A DNA stretch of 59,441 nucleotides, counting the filler, from Bipalium vagum (lineage: Eukaryota): the NCBI GenBank assembly GCA_037834085.1. It is 3 parts of 3 records of this genome, joined end to end, with 100 filler letters (N's around TTAATTAATTAA, not from the genome) between each part and the next. Parts side by side here need not be neighbours in the genome. Positions count along the whole stretch, not along the records: positions 42,521 to 59,441 come from JBBMKC010086387.1; 2 more parts are not named here. One strand, written 5' to 3'. Position 1 is the stretch's first letter. Each line of letters starts with the position of its first letter. Positions 47,873-59,441 of the stretch are shown here, one piece after another. The notes under the pieces are model-generated. The model saw nothing but the letters and a program-made list of their open reading frames with translations. It had not been told where the DNA came from and did no database searches. Both the position numbers and the translations under genes were made by a program.

Positions 47873-50800
47873 TTAAAAATAATTTAAGAATTCCTGGACT
47901 GGAAAATATTTATTCGGATTGAAACTATTGTTTAATTTTAAGTAGAAGAGAAAAAAGAAATTCTTCTTGCCTTTAAAATGATCTCCTTTGCCCATTTTCC
48001 TCATCGGTATGCTCAATACCTTTTTCAAGCTTATGCTAAGACTGCGTGAATTCCGTAAGTCGGCTTCTGATACTTTAGACATTTTCGGTTTTGACGTTGT
48101 CATGAACAGTTCAGCCGGTGGCTGGACCGGAACCCCTGCGCAATGAGACATTTGCATGACATTTTCGTCCGTTATTTGATCAAGGCAGTCGTCGCTTTTA
48201 CTTTTCTCATTCATCCAAGGAACAGAGAGTCGGGAAAATCGATGGCGAATTTTTCTGATCATCGATTTTGATCTACCATTTTCGTCGTCCGGTTTATCTC
48301 GAAGAAGAACTTCAAAAAAATTAAATTATCAAAAGTGACTCAATGAAAATCTAAGATGGTTCAGTTGGTAAAATTGTAATTGTACCGTAAATTATTTAGA
48401 TCAAGGTACATTTCGGAGAGGGATAAATAAATTTAAAAAAATTATGAAAAAGCAATTTCAAATAACTTAATAATTATATAAAAGAAGAAAATCAATATTA
48501 TTTTATTATCAGTTTGATAATATAATTATTTTTATTTATTTTTATCTTTTATCATTTATTTGGCTATATTTCTTATCTTTCATCCTACACAATTTGTGCC
48601 TCAAATCAATATCTGCTTTATCAATTCCCTTTGCACATTTAAAAAGAAATTAGTTAAAATTGATCAAGATGTGAAAATGTTATTAAAATCATTTTTTAAT
48701 TTTTAACAGTTGTCGACAAATTCCATTATCGATTGTGCTCTTATTCGTTGAATTTAACTGATATCGAAAACAGCGATAGCATAGAAATCACTTACACTGT
48801 GACTAAACAAAACCTTTTAAAACGACAAATGATTAACATTATAAGTTTCAAATCTAATGTCAAGTCCTGCAACTTCGTAATTAGCAAGAATTTCATTAAA
48901 TAAAAAAGCAATAATTTTCTGATTAATCAATATCGCATTCATTTTCCCATAGTTTTTTAATCTAATGAGCGAACATTAGTCTCTGCAGAATAATAATAAT
49001 TGACATAATGAAGAAAACCGTTGTCATAATGAAAATATTTCGGGAAAAATTTCTAAAGGACGATGACAAGAAAAATACAAGGTTGAAGTTTACGTAAAAT
49101 GGTACTTCTAATTTAAGAAAGATAATGCATTTAAACAAAAAACATGCTTTCAGATTACCATGATCAATGTATGTCCTTTGATCAATGTCTCAGATCAATT
49201 ATTTCATAACCAAAAATTTTTATATATTATATTTTTTTAAAAAAATATTATTTATTTATTATATTTAATTTTTCCCTTTAAACCATTGGAAAAAAAGATC
49301 AAACAATGATTAAAAAAGACCTCTCCTCAATATCCAAAGAAAATAAAAAAGAACCTTTGCTTTCTTCATTAGGTCGATTCTTGGTTAGAGTATTTTCAGG
49401 AGTCTAAGATCGAAATAAAGGAATACATTAAACAATAACAGATGGAATGATATAATGAAAACATTCAAACATTGACATGCAACATAAAAATGGTTTTGTG
49501 CAATATGTTTCATTGATTATCGTCAAAAATGTGAATAAAACGAGTCAGGCATAATTTATTCATTGACAATCCGTTAATGGATCCCACTGGTTTTTCCATA
49601 ATAATTAAAAAATATCGCTCATTAAAACAAATATAATCATTTCCAATTAATAAAAACGTGCTAACATGATCAGTCATTCTTACTTGAGCTTCCGGAATTG
49701 TCAGCATCTTGTGACCTTCAATAATTCACAATATGAGTTGGAATAACAAATCCCTTGCTTTTACAACAAGAAAACCCACACTCAACATCAATAATGTAAA
49801 ACACGTTTTATATTTTTATTGAGTTAATTAAAAATAAATTATTTATTTAAATTTGGAATTTGAGTGAATATCAAGAATTCTTGTCTCACATACTCTGCAA
49901 TATCACTATCAAGTTTTTCAGAACAAGATCCAAACAACGCAGTCGGTGTCGGTGCAATGATAATTGTCAAATGATAATATTATACTTTTGATAAGAGTCA
50001 AAGATTAAAAGGCGACAGCAGATTTTCAAAGCCGACATGTCGGACGTTTTGCAGTCATCAGAAACGTAATATGAAACAAGATTTCATAATCAATGAAAGA
50101 GGTCTTAATATCATTCCCTAAGCTTCCTGAGATGATAACGGTTTTGTAATATGAACATTAAAAAAGACCCTTTAAAGAAATTGGTTTGCAACTTAGAAAA
50201 TTCTAGCAAATCACGAGACATCTAAAATCGAATGTGTTGCCAATTTCTATAAAATGTATATTAAATAATAAGAAATGTATTGAATTTCAATATTTAAAAT
50301 TTATATCTAATACTACAACTACGACGATCACACAAGAAAAATATTGTATTATTATTCAATTTTTTAATAATATTATTTTAATTATTTTAAAAATTAAAAA
50401 GATTAAAAATTGTGAAATATTGATTAATTATAGTTATTAATTAAATAAATATGTTGCAATATAATTGGAGAATTTTTCATTTCAAATTGAGAATCTATTT
50501 TCAAATAAAAAGTAGGCTATAATTTAGTTGAACCTCGCTTTCTTAATTTACATTACTCAAGGTCACATTGAAGGTTTTTATTATTTTAAAATATTTTTCA
50601 ATGCGTACATTTTAGGTATAGATCGAGACAGTTTTCTTTAAAATAGAATTTAAACTAAATTTTGGAATATATATCTTGGAAAATAAATTAATTTTTCAAT
50701 TTTTCTGAGAAACATTATTAAAGCGAATTTAACTAAGTCGATAAAACAAGAAGGGGACCAACTAAAATTGCTCAAAAATATAAAATCAATCAATACAATT

Positions 50801-51982
50801 AATCGATTTTTTAGAAACATGCCGATAATAATTAATCGTGGATATATTTCACTAAGTCTTCCTTATTTTGAGCATTCTGTCTTCTTACAATACTTTTCCA
50901 CTGCCTGAATAAAGTCTCTGTCGGAATGAAGAATGGACTGTAAGGTGGTAAAATTACAAAATCATATTCTTTTATTTCGGAAATGTTCCAGAATTTGGTA
51001 GTCTTTTCCAAACTTGCATTGTCCACAATTAGAATACAATTATTAATCCATCCTTTTCACCCATTTTCATGAGATCATTTAAGTATTCAACTAGTTTAGT
51101 TTTATTACCAGGTCTGTATTACTGTATACTTTATAAAAGTATAATGAATTTCCAGTCATAGCATCCATACATCAAGATTCCGGGTCCTCTTTTAAGACAA
51201 TAAACAAGCTGCTTTTTTAATTGCATGGGGATCTGCAATAAAAAATTCTCGTTGAAACTTGAAATCAAGACTCATCAAGCATTTTGTATTTCTGTCGGTT
51301 TCTCTCAGTCTATAAATTATGTTTAGAACATCAGCTATTTCGGCTCGTTTGGAGTGGTCTGCTTCCTCATTTTCATTGGTTAGTTTTTTCGGATTTCAAT
51401 TTTGTGCAATATTATTTTTTTATGTATTTCGTTTCTCCATACCATATATAGTACATTTTTATTATTTTCAAATTCAATTTTTTCAAATAAAATTAAAAAT
51501 AATAGTAAAAATAATATAAATAAACAAATATCTGAAGTTATATCGCACGCCTTTAAAAGAAAATAAACTTCGAAAAATCGAAAACCAAAGCTTTTGATTA
51601 AATTTTATAGAAATGTTTAATTGGCCTTTTTAAAAATAAATAAATTAACGAAAATAAGACAGAGCACCCAAAACCAGTGGTCAAAACGATCTTCGAAGTT
51701 AGAGTAAAAATGAGCTACGTAATTCGATAAAACAAAAATAAACAGCCCCAATTCCATGAACACTAAATAAAAATAATTGTTTTTACATCATACCCTTCTC
51801 AATATCACCGATATTATTTTCCGACGTTTTCTTACTAGAATCTTTAGAGGTCGACATTCCACTGTTGTTACTGCTGATTTCTGAAGATGGATCTGCTGGT
51901 ACTTTCATTATATCATGGACATTTTTCATTATTTGAAACTACGTAAAAATATAAAATAATTAATTAGTTATATTATTTACTA

Positions 51983-52020
<38 letters not shown>

Positions 52021-53841
52021 TTAATAATAATAATTACATCAATGAGAAAAGCTGGAATTTTGCTGTCTACGCCTCCGGCAATTACATCACATCTCCATGA
52101 TTTTCGAGAGCCGACTTGGTTGTTAAAAATGGGAAAATAATTTTCTGTAGGATCTATCATTATTAAATTAATTGGAATAATTGAAACTCCTAAGGACGTG
52201 GGATCTAAATTATCATTGATGGTCAGTAGAAATAACAAGAAAAGAATTAAAAGGACTTTGGCACTTTTTTGATGCATGAAAAAGCTCGATCGATATGCGT
52301 TGAGAATTAGAATTGAGGGAACTAAATGTTGACGGAAGATGTGTCAGTTCAGGTACCATTTAGCCAACGTTACACTTACAAGACGAAATGTTGATTCCAA
52401 ACCGGATAATCAATGAGTGAAATTAAATGGCTGACATGTCGCTGATAGGGTTCATCTAGCTCCAAGACACAGTATCCGTTTTTCAAAGGACCTAATGGTA
52501 CGTTAAATGTTTTCTAACATGAATGAATCTCTCGTTCACTTTTTAGCTCGTGAGCCTCAACTACTTTAACAAGACCTACAACTAACGTACTACCTATCAA
52601 TTTACTAGAAGCTCTATCGTGAAACGGAGACTCTTCTCCCTGATCATAAAAATCATACGAGTCAGTCGTAAAAAGAGACACAAGACTCTTCATCTCCTTA
52701 GCTTTTGTCTCTGAACGGGAAAACAAAAGTTTCAGATAAACAAACAATCATGAAATATTCACTCTCGATCGTTTGATCATCTTTCGAGGACTCGTCTGCC
52801 GGAGATTTCTCCTCAATGCATTCCAGCTCATCGACGACAGATTGGATCGAACTGGTCTGTATTTCTTGATTATGTATCTGGACTTCTTTGATATGAGATG
52901 ACTCTTTCACCGGACACTGACCGTCCACTTTGGTTGCCTAAGGAGAAAAATATATTTCAAATCTAAATATATCCATTTCATGTCACGTTTATATGATAAT
53001 GGGATTTTGTATTAATTTCCTGGAAAAGAATTCCGTAACCAGAAAATGCCTTCCATAAACAAATCAAAGCAAACCAAGGCACGCCTATCATTATAATTTG
53101 TAAGTTTTATTATTAGTTTGGTACAGAAAATGTTCAATGTGGCAAATGTCAGATTCTGTTCAGGAAGCGCTGCTGGACAGGGAGCATGCAGCACTGCAGT
53201 AACATATATCGCCTGGCACAAGTAAACCCGGTCAGATGGGTGATATTTACGTTAATGTACTTTCACATCACATTCTGCACGGATCGATCCGGTGGAGATT
53301 TAGCTTCATTATTGGAATTGATTTCGGGATAAATATAGTGGGGATTTATCATTATCTCCGTGGTAGCAACCAGAAGTGATTGTGGCGAAAACCACAGTTG
53401 ATGTAGAATCGATATCATTGAGAGAAAGTTATGGCTACACTTTCCGACTTCGGAAAATGAGGCGAGATTCGCACCTTCTCTCCAATGTCTTCAACATTGT
53501 TCTTTGAAGATGGAAACATAAATGTGCCTCCTCACCACAAAAATATTTTCGGACAAAAATCTTCCCTCAAATTTATATTTTGGAAAATTGATTTTGCTTT
53601 ATCGAGAAATAATGAGAAGTGTCAACAGGACTCAGATTGATAAGAATAAATTACATAATAAAAATTCCTAATCTCTTCGCATTTGAGCTGATATTTGATA
53701 AAAATCCTATGGGGGGGGGGGAAATTTATTACGAATATTGATTAAAATTTTATTTTCTTGGAAAAATTTTTTGAGGTGAAAAATTCAGAAAAATATTTTA
53801 ATAATTTTAAAATCGACTGTCGGTTAAAATATTCGGTTCCT

Positions 53842-53892
<51 letters not shown>

Positions 53893-56547
53893 TATAATTC
53901 ATAATTTTATTTATAATTTATTCACAGAAGAATTTATTATTTTTTTTATTTATCAATAAAATATATAAATAAAATCTGATTCGAAAAATGCCAATTGAAA
54001 CCCACAGAGCTACGTCATTGTTAACTCTGTCAAAATTTATGACTGATAATTAACATTAATATTTTTTCAGCTATTCTATATATATATACAAAATGAGATT
54101 TTTGTTTTTATTTTGTTCATCAATTTTAACAAAATAACTAGTCTTTAAAATATCATGTGGGGAAATAAGTCATCTATTCAGTCTTTTTAACCCTTTTGGC
54201 AACCACGGTTTTTTTTAAATTAAATTGTATTTTTTCTCAATAATGCATTTTTGTATGATAATTTTCAAAACATTCATTCAAACCAAAAGCGATATCCCAC
54301 TTCTGACACATATCTAGTGTCTGGTCTTGTGTTATGGTATGAGCAAACAACGCATCTTCTTTGTGGATTTCTTGCTTGATTTGTTTGAGAAATATCTGAT
54401 ATAAAGTGATTGCCTGATAAAAGTGATAAAGATGGTGTTGATGATGGTATGTCTGTTGTCAGTGGGTTCTGTAGTCCATATTTTTGGAAAATCGAGCTTG
54501 AAGCTTATGAATAATGAATGTCAATTTCATCACTTGAAGAATATTTAGCTGATAAATCAAATAAATAGTTTTTTATAAATTGATTTTATGATCGATTTTT
54601 TTCGCGCTTTTATTAAAATTATGCTTTGAATTTTTATTGAGGTGACATCCATTTTGTATTAAAAACGCATTTTCAATTAAAATTGATTTATCCGTCTGCG
54701 GTTGCCAAAGGATTAAAGATATATATAAAAGTTTAATTATAAAAATGTTTATTTAATTAAAATATTTTTAATCATTGGTCAATTATGTAATATAGTAAAC
54801 TATTATTTAAGAAACGTTTGTTTATTGAGTACAGTGAAGAAATCTCACGTCACTGATGAAATTGTTGAATAAATGAAATGGAGATTCAGTTGTGACAGAC
54901 TGTGAACTCGAATCGAGCCTCGAGCAAAACGTGCGAAAGTACACCACCAGTAACACTGAGTTTAATGACCAAAATAGTTCATTTCTCATTGACATTCCAG
55001 ATATTTTACTTTGTGAATATAATAATATAATCTCAAGACAAAGGGGTCACCCATCATCATTGACACTCAAGGTTAACTCTACGCCCGATTATTTGACCTT
55101 TTGCTCACAAACATTTTGTTGACACAAAATAGAAAATCGAAAAATGTTTCGTTTTAACTTTCAGACAATTTTACATTTATCTGATAAAAATAATCATAAA
55201 AAATTACCGGAAAATGTAAAGTCCGCACAAATGTTGTCAGAAAATAATATGACAAGCAATAATTAAAATAATAATGAAAGAAAATAAAAATAAAAATATA
55301 GTTATAATATTTTTATTTATTTAATAAAGTAGAAATATTATTTATATATTTAGTGAGTACTTAAAACGTTAATAGGAAATCCGCTGGTCTTAATACCGAA
55401 AATTGCCAGGGAGCAAATAAAAGTTACAAATGAATTTAATATAAAATAATAATAATAAATGTCAACCTCGACAGTTCTCTCTGTAGAGCATATGGTTTCA
55501 ATCTTCCACTTCACTTCCAACGTTTGCATCATTACGATTTTGAAATCTCTCTTAAATTCAGCTAGGCACAGCTAAAAGAAAGCGGGTTAATAAGGAAAAC
55601 TATTTCCACAAACCCAGATTTCATTGACCTCTATTTCATGCTTGTCCACTCCTTCTGCAATTAGCTCACAGTTGAAGTTACTGACACAATCTGGAAACAA
55701 TTTGAGCAATAGACCGTGATCACCGATTTCCATCATGACAAGAACCTAAATAAGATTTCTGTTAAAATATCGACCACTGGAAATGTAACAATGCTCACGG
55801 AAAGTTCGATATCTGTCAGATTTACATGAGCCTCGTGCTCCAAAATTTCGTCTGAAAGCAAGACCGTTGTGAAGAACAGTCTAATGCACTTCAATTGGAA
55901 TGTGAAAGTCTTAAGTAAAAAATTCAGTTGTTCAAAAACATTATGAAGAAAGATGTTTTAAAAAACTGAGTTTTATTGATTTCCATGATTGACCAGGTGT
56001 AATTATAATTAAATAAAATATTTTTATGTAATTGTTGAATAAATAAAATACAAATAAATTCATTCCTTACAATCATTTCTTTATTATCGATTGATGTGAT
56101 CTGTGAAATTTTGAACTCTTTACACATTTCTTCCTTGAATTCCACAAGTCGACACTTTTTAGAAATCTAATCTTTATTATCACTTGAAGACAATGCTTAT
56201 TTGCTTACATTTTTCGAAAAAAGAAACTCGTTATAGTTATTAATCCAACAATTGAAAAGGTAATATCTGAAAAACTTATGATTAAAAATCGATTCCAATA
56301 AAAGTCCATCGGAATCTCTTGTTTCTGACTCGGTTTTGACAGGTCCATGTACAATATTATCGGTTTGAGTAACTTTACACGACAGAATCTTGTGATTTTT
56401 CCAATCACATATCCATTTTATGAAAAAAATGAATACGAAAATAAAGAGTGAAATATATATTACATTTTGATTTAATCCTATATCAAAATATAAATGGTTC
56501 CAATTAAAAGTTGCATATTGAACCAGAAAATTTTCTAAGCTAGACAT
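47873..56547 (-). CDS. C2CD2L: TMEM24/C2CD2L-like TM-SMP-C2 lipid transfer protein (~700 aa). Exons 56547-56209, 56154-56071, 55909-55799, 55745-55629, 55571-55467, 52937-52763, 52710-52540, 52491-52380, 52321-52257, 52204-52038, 51938-51794, (49715-49684, 49403-49355 tentative), 48309-47873
   Basis: GT-AG introns with compatible phases give a 2109-nt open frame. N-terminal TM, then LLLESIFNHKFFRYYLFNCWINNYNE and MEIGDHGLLL (SMP). GYCVLELDEPYQRHVS..YPVWNQHFVFSLNSNSQ..LGVSIIPI matches the C2CD2/C21orf25-type C2. Basic tail RSKSMIRKIRHRFSR, SRSLSISLKK. Confidence 0.85.
50700..51450 (-). mobile_element. IS630/Tc1-like (DD34E) relic in a C2CD2L intron
   Basis: ILIVDNASL...ILPPYSPFFIPTETLFRQWKSIVRR. 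Confidence 0.85.
53843..53891. repeat. (TAA)n microsatellite, ~16 units
   Basis: Direct inspection. Confidence 0.95.
54191..54712 (-). mobile_element. Non-autonomous piggyBac deletion derivative (522 bp)
   Basis: TTAA-CCCTTTTGGCAACC ... GGTTGCCAAAGGA-TTAA. Internal Cys-rich tail PQRRCVVCS...TRY..ECFENYHT. Confidence 0.92.
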
Positions 56548-57497
56548 CTTTAATGATAAAAAATGATGTCAAGATTAAAGAAGTAAAAATACTTAAACAT
56601 AATAAAAATGCATTTTAAAACTGTAAATTTAAAATCGATCAAAATAAGACAGTTAAACAAATATATTAATTTTAATGGAAATTAAAAATATTTTTCAAAA
56701 TTCTACATTTAAAAAAAATGTTAAATGAAAATGAATTTTATTTATTTGCTTCATATTATATATAAGACAATCATAAAGTTATTGGTAATTTTTGGTCAAA
56801 TTATAATTTTGTATTTTTGTTAAATGTTCATTAATTCTGATTTTAAAAAATAATTGATTCTGTTGTTATAAATGTATAAAGTAAACCATAATAATTTCTA
56901 GATATTTTAGTAATTTAGAATTAAATGATATTCAAATATCCTTAACTAAAAACTTTAAGATAATCTTAGTTAAGAAATATGCATTTTAACATTTAATTTG
57001 ACTAATAGACATTAGGAAACAAAAAACCGGATAATCTATAAATGATAAATCTCTGCAATTTTTAAATAACAAAAATATGAAAAAATAATTATATCAAAAT
57101 CCGTGTATTAATAAAATAAAGTTATTGAATTTTTAACCATTAATTTATTAATCATTTAATTAAAAAAATAAAATTCGGGGCAAATAATTTTTTCATTTAA
57201 AAATAAAATTATATGAACAAAATTTTTATAGACTTCATAAATGAATTATAAGGAAAATGATTTATAATTAGATTATCCAGCTTTTCAATCTAAATTTCAC
57301 AAATAGAAATATTTCAGAAAATACTTAAATTCAAAGGTCTACAGTTCATGATAGAAAATAAAATTAATATAACAATGTTATGAGAGTGAAAGAGTCAAGT
57401 TGAAAATTTTCATTAAATGAGGATGATATCAGCTCTTTTGTGGCGAAAATATTAGCAAAGAAAAATCATAAAATTTGCCTTTAAAAATACTACAATT

Positions 57498-57650
57498 AGT
57501 TTATTATAACTAAAGTATTACAAATAGTTTATCATAACTATCAAGAAAGAAAGAGTTTAGAGTTTATCATAACTCAGTTAAAATAAATCATAAGTGAATT
57601 ATTAGATTCACTATAATAAAATTATTAAGCAGAGCGTGAATATTATTATC
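57498..57650 (+). repeat. Dispersed repeat with iterated AGTTTATYATAACT motifs (copy 2)
   Basis: Motifs at 57498, 57526 and 57561, hairpin GTGAATTATTAGATTCAC at 57594-57611. Confidence 0.75.
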
Positions 57651-57699
57651 ACCCCACGTCCACCAAAACTTAACAAATGGGTATGTTTTCATATATGAG

Positions 57700-57900
57700 A
57701 ATTCTGTTTGAAAATCATTTTGGGTTCAAGAATTTTAATAGGATTAGAAAAAAATTTATATTTTAGCATGACAATGGTCAAAAACTTACTTCAGCATTTA
57801 AAAGGATTTCTTCTTTCAAAGCAAAATATGTACTGGATTGGCCTTCACGATCTGAGGATCTTAATTTGATCGAAGCAGGTTCAGATATAATTGAGGAATT
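57700..57900 (+). mobile_element. Tc1 transposase C-terminal relic
   Basis: FIF*HDNG..., VLDWPSRSEDLNLIE. Confidence 0.75.
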
Positions 57901-59441
57901 ATATGAATAATGCATCTACTTTGTTTATAAACTATTAAACTTTTGATCATTGTGACAATAAACGATTCAAATTGTGTGCATGAAATATTCTGATTTTTTA
58001 TCGTGTACATGAAATTTATTTTAAAAGGGTGTAATTCAAAATATACAAATTGTACATATTTATATTTAATCTATTAAAGCAATTCTGACCGAAATGTATA
58101 ATGAAAAAAATTAAATAATTAAGTAATAATAATAAATAAATAAATATATATATATATAATACTATTAAAATTAAAAATTTTTTTTCTTAGTAACATTAGG
58201 TTACTAAAAATAAAAGTTGAATAAAAATTTTTAGGAATAGTATTAAAAATGGAATATAATATAATATTTTAACTAATTTAGGAAATAAGAAGTTGCTAAA
58301 ATTAGAAAATAAATAAAAAAATATTTATATAAATAAGAGCAAAAAAATTTTAAAAGGACGATAAAAAAGAAAGAGACATAATAATACATTGAATTAAATT
58401 CATTTAAAAATAAAGTATTGAATTCAGTTAATCTTGTAAAAGTACAATTATTACAGAAGTCTGTACCAATAATTAATTTAACTTGCACAAATCCTCTCCG
58501 GCTATTATTTCAATTTAAAAGTTATTACATTCCAACACTTATTACAATTCGATCAAACTCCTTTCCGGCCATTACTCCAATTTAGAAGATATTCTGAACC
58601 AATTGAGCTAATTATTTCCGGCTATTCATTGAATAACAGACGAAAATTGGTATATAAATTCAAAGGGAATAAGATTCAAAAAACAACATACAAGCCTTCT
58701 ACGAATTTTCAAAATCAGCCATCAGTATAGAATCATTTCCATTTATTCGCCTATACCCGGCATCTCTTAGCTACCGTTTTGGGCAAGAATTTAGTCTACC
58801 ACCAATACTGCCAATTATTCGACCGGCGATTCCATACATCGGACCAATTCGACTTGTTTAAATATATACGTGGCCCGGCAATCCTCAGAGATACCTAAAG
58901 TTCTACCCAATTTCAATTGATCATCTTCGAGTCCTACATCTATACAGTAGTCCAATTGCATTCGGACAATTTTTACAAATCCGTCCTTAGCTTTAGCCAT
59001 AAAAAGTAAACCCTTATACTTGACACTTAAACGTGTCAAAGTAAATAGATTTCATTTCTAATTTGTCTTTATTTATTTATTTGTTTATTTTGGTAAAACG
59101 TCAAAAAACTGTGTTAATTTTTAGTTAATAACTTTCGTATTATATAATTTTCTGAAGTGTTAACATTTGTGAAACTTAAACTTAGGCTTAAAGACAAGTA
59201 TCTTTAAGACCTTTTCTAAAAACAAGTAATCTTAAGCGAATTACGATCATTTTTAATAAATATATTTTATAATCTAGAAGATCGTATCGAATATATATTT
59301 ATATCTTATAATATAATATAAACTAGCTTATAATTAAAAATTTTAAGACTAGTTCCGATTGATAATAATAATTTTTGTTATTTTACAATTAACCAAGCGT
59401 GTTCTGTAGCTAGGACACAGTTTGTAGTAATTAATAATAAG

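Noticed and set aside
53160-53212. PAA-containing segment as part of the TMEM24 SMP domain
   Set aside because: The complete SMP domain is already accounted for by exons at 56547-55467, so the resemblance is coincidental.
54840-54900. Hammerhead-like CTGATGA...GAAA
   Set aside because: Stems II and III cannot be formed convincingly. Other CTGATGA hits (e.g. 26101) lie in a pogo TIR or coding DNA.

Overview
This window is very AT-rich eukaryotic nuclear DNA, not prokaryotic, and is made of three contigs joined by artificial N44-TTAATTAATTAA-N44 linkers (16835-16934, 42421-42520). The host is an animal with fast-evolving proteins and mostly 44-57 nt GT-AG introns. A parasitic invertebrate such as a myxozoan cnidarian is a plausible guess, but this is inference only. 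I could splice two host genes by hand, both on the minus strand and both almost missed by the ORF track. One is a complete 8-exon tropomyosin (12261-15763, 249 aa). The other is a ~14-exon TMEM24/C2CD2-like TM-SMP-C2 lipid-transfer protein (47873-56547, ~700 aa). Most of the remainder is decayed, internally deleted and nested mobile DNA: Tc1, mariner, DD41D-like, DD39D/Stowaway-like, pogo, hAT, piggyBac, Ty3/Gypsy with solo LTRs, and NeSL-like RLE non-LTR retrotransposons. The most notable hidden structure is a fragmented Polinton/Maverick (adintovirus-like) endogenous virus at ~30890-42150. It retains minor capsid, packaging ATPase and protein-primed PolB (with a VSR-like insert) remnants, split by LTR, hAT, NeSL and Gypsy insertions. 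Several stop-riddled, intron-containing cellular gene fragments also lie in introns and intergenic DNA. All family assignments come from manual translation and recalled motifs; no searches were run. I do not see convincing evidence for a wholly new biological system.
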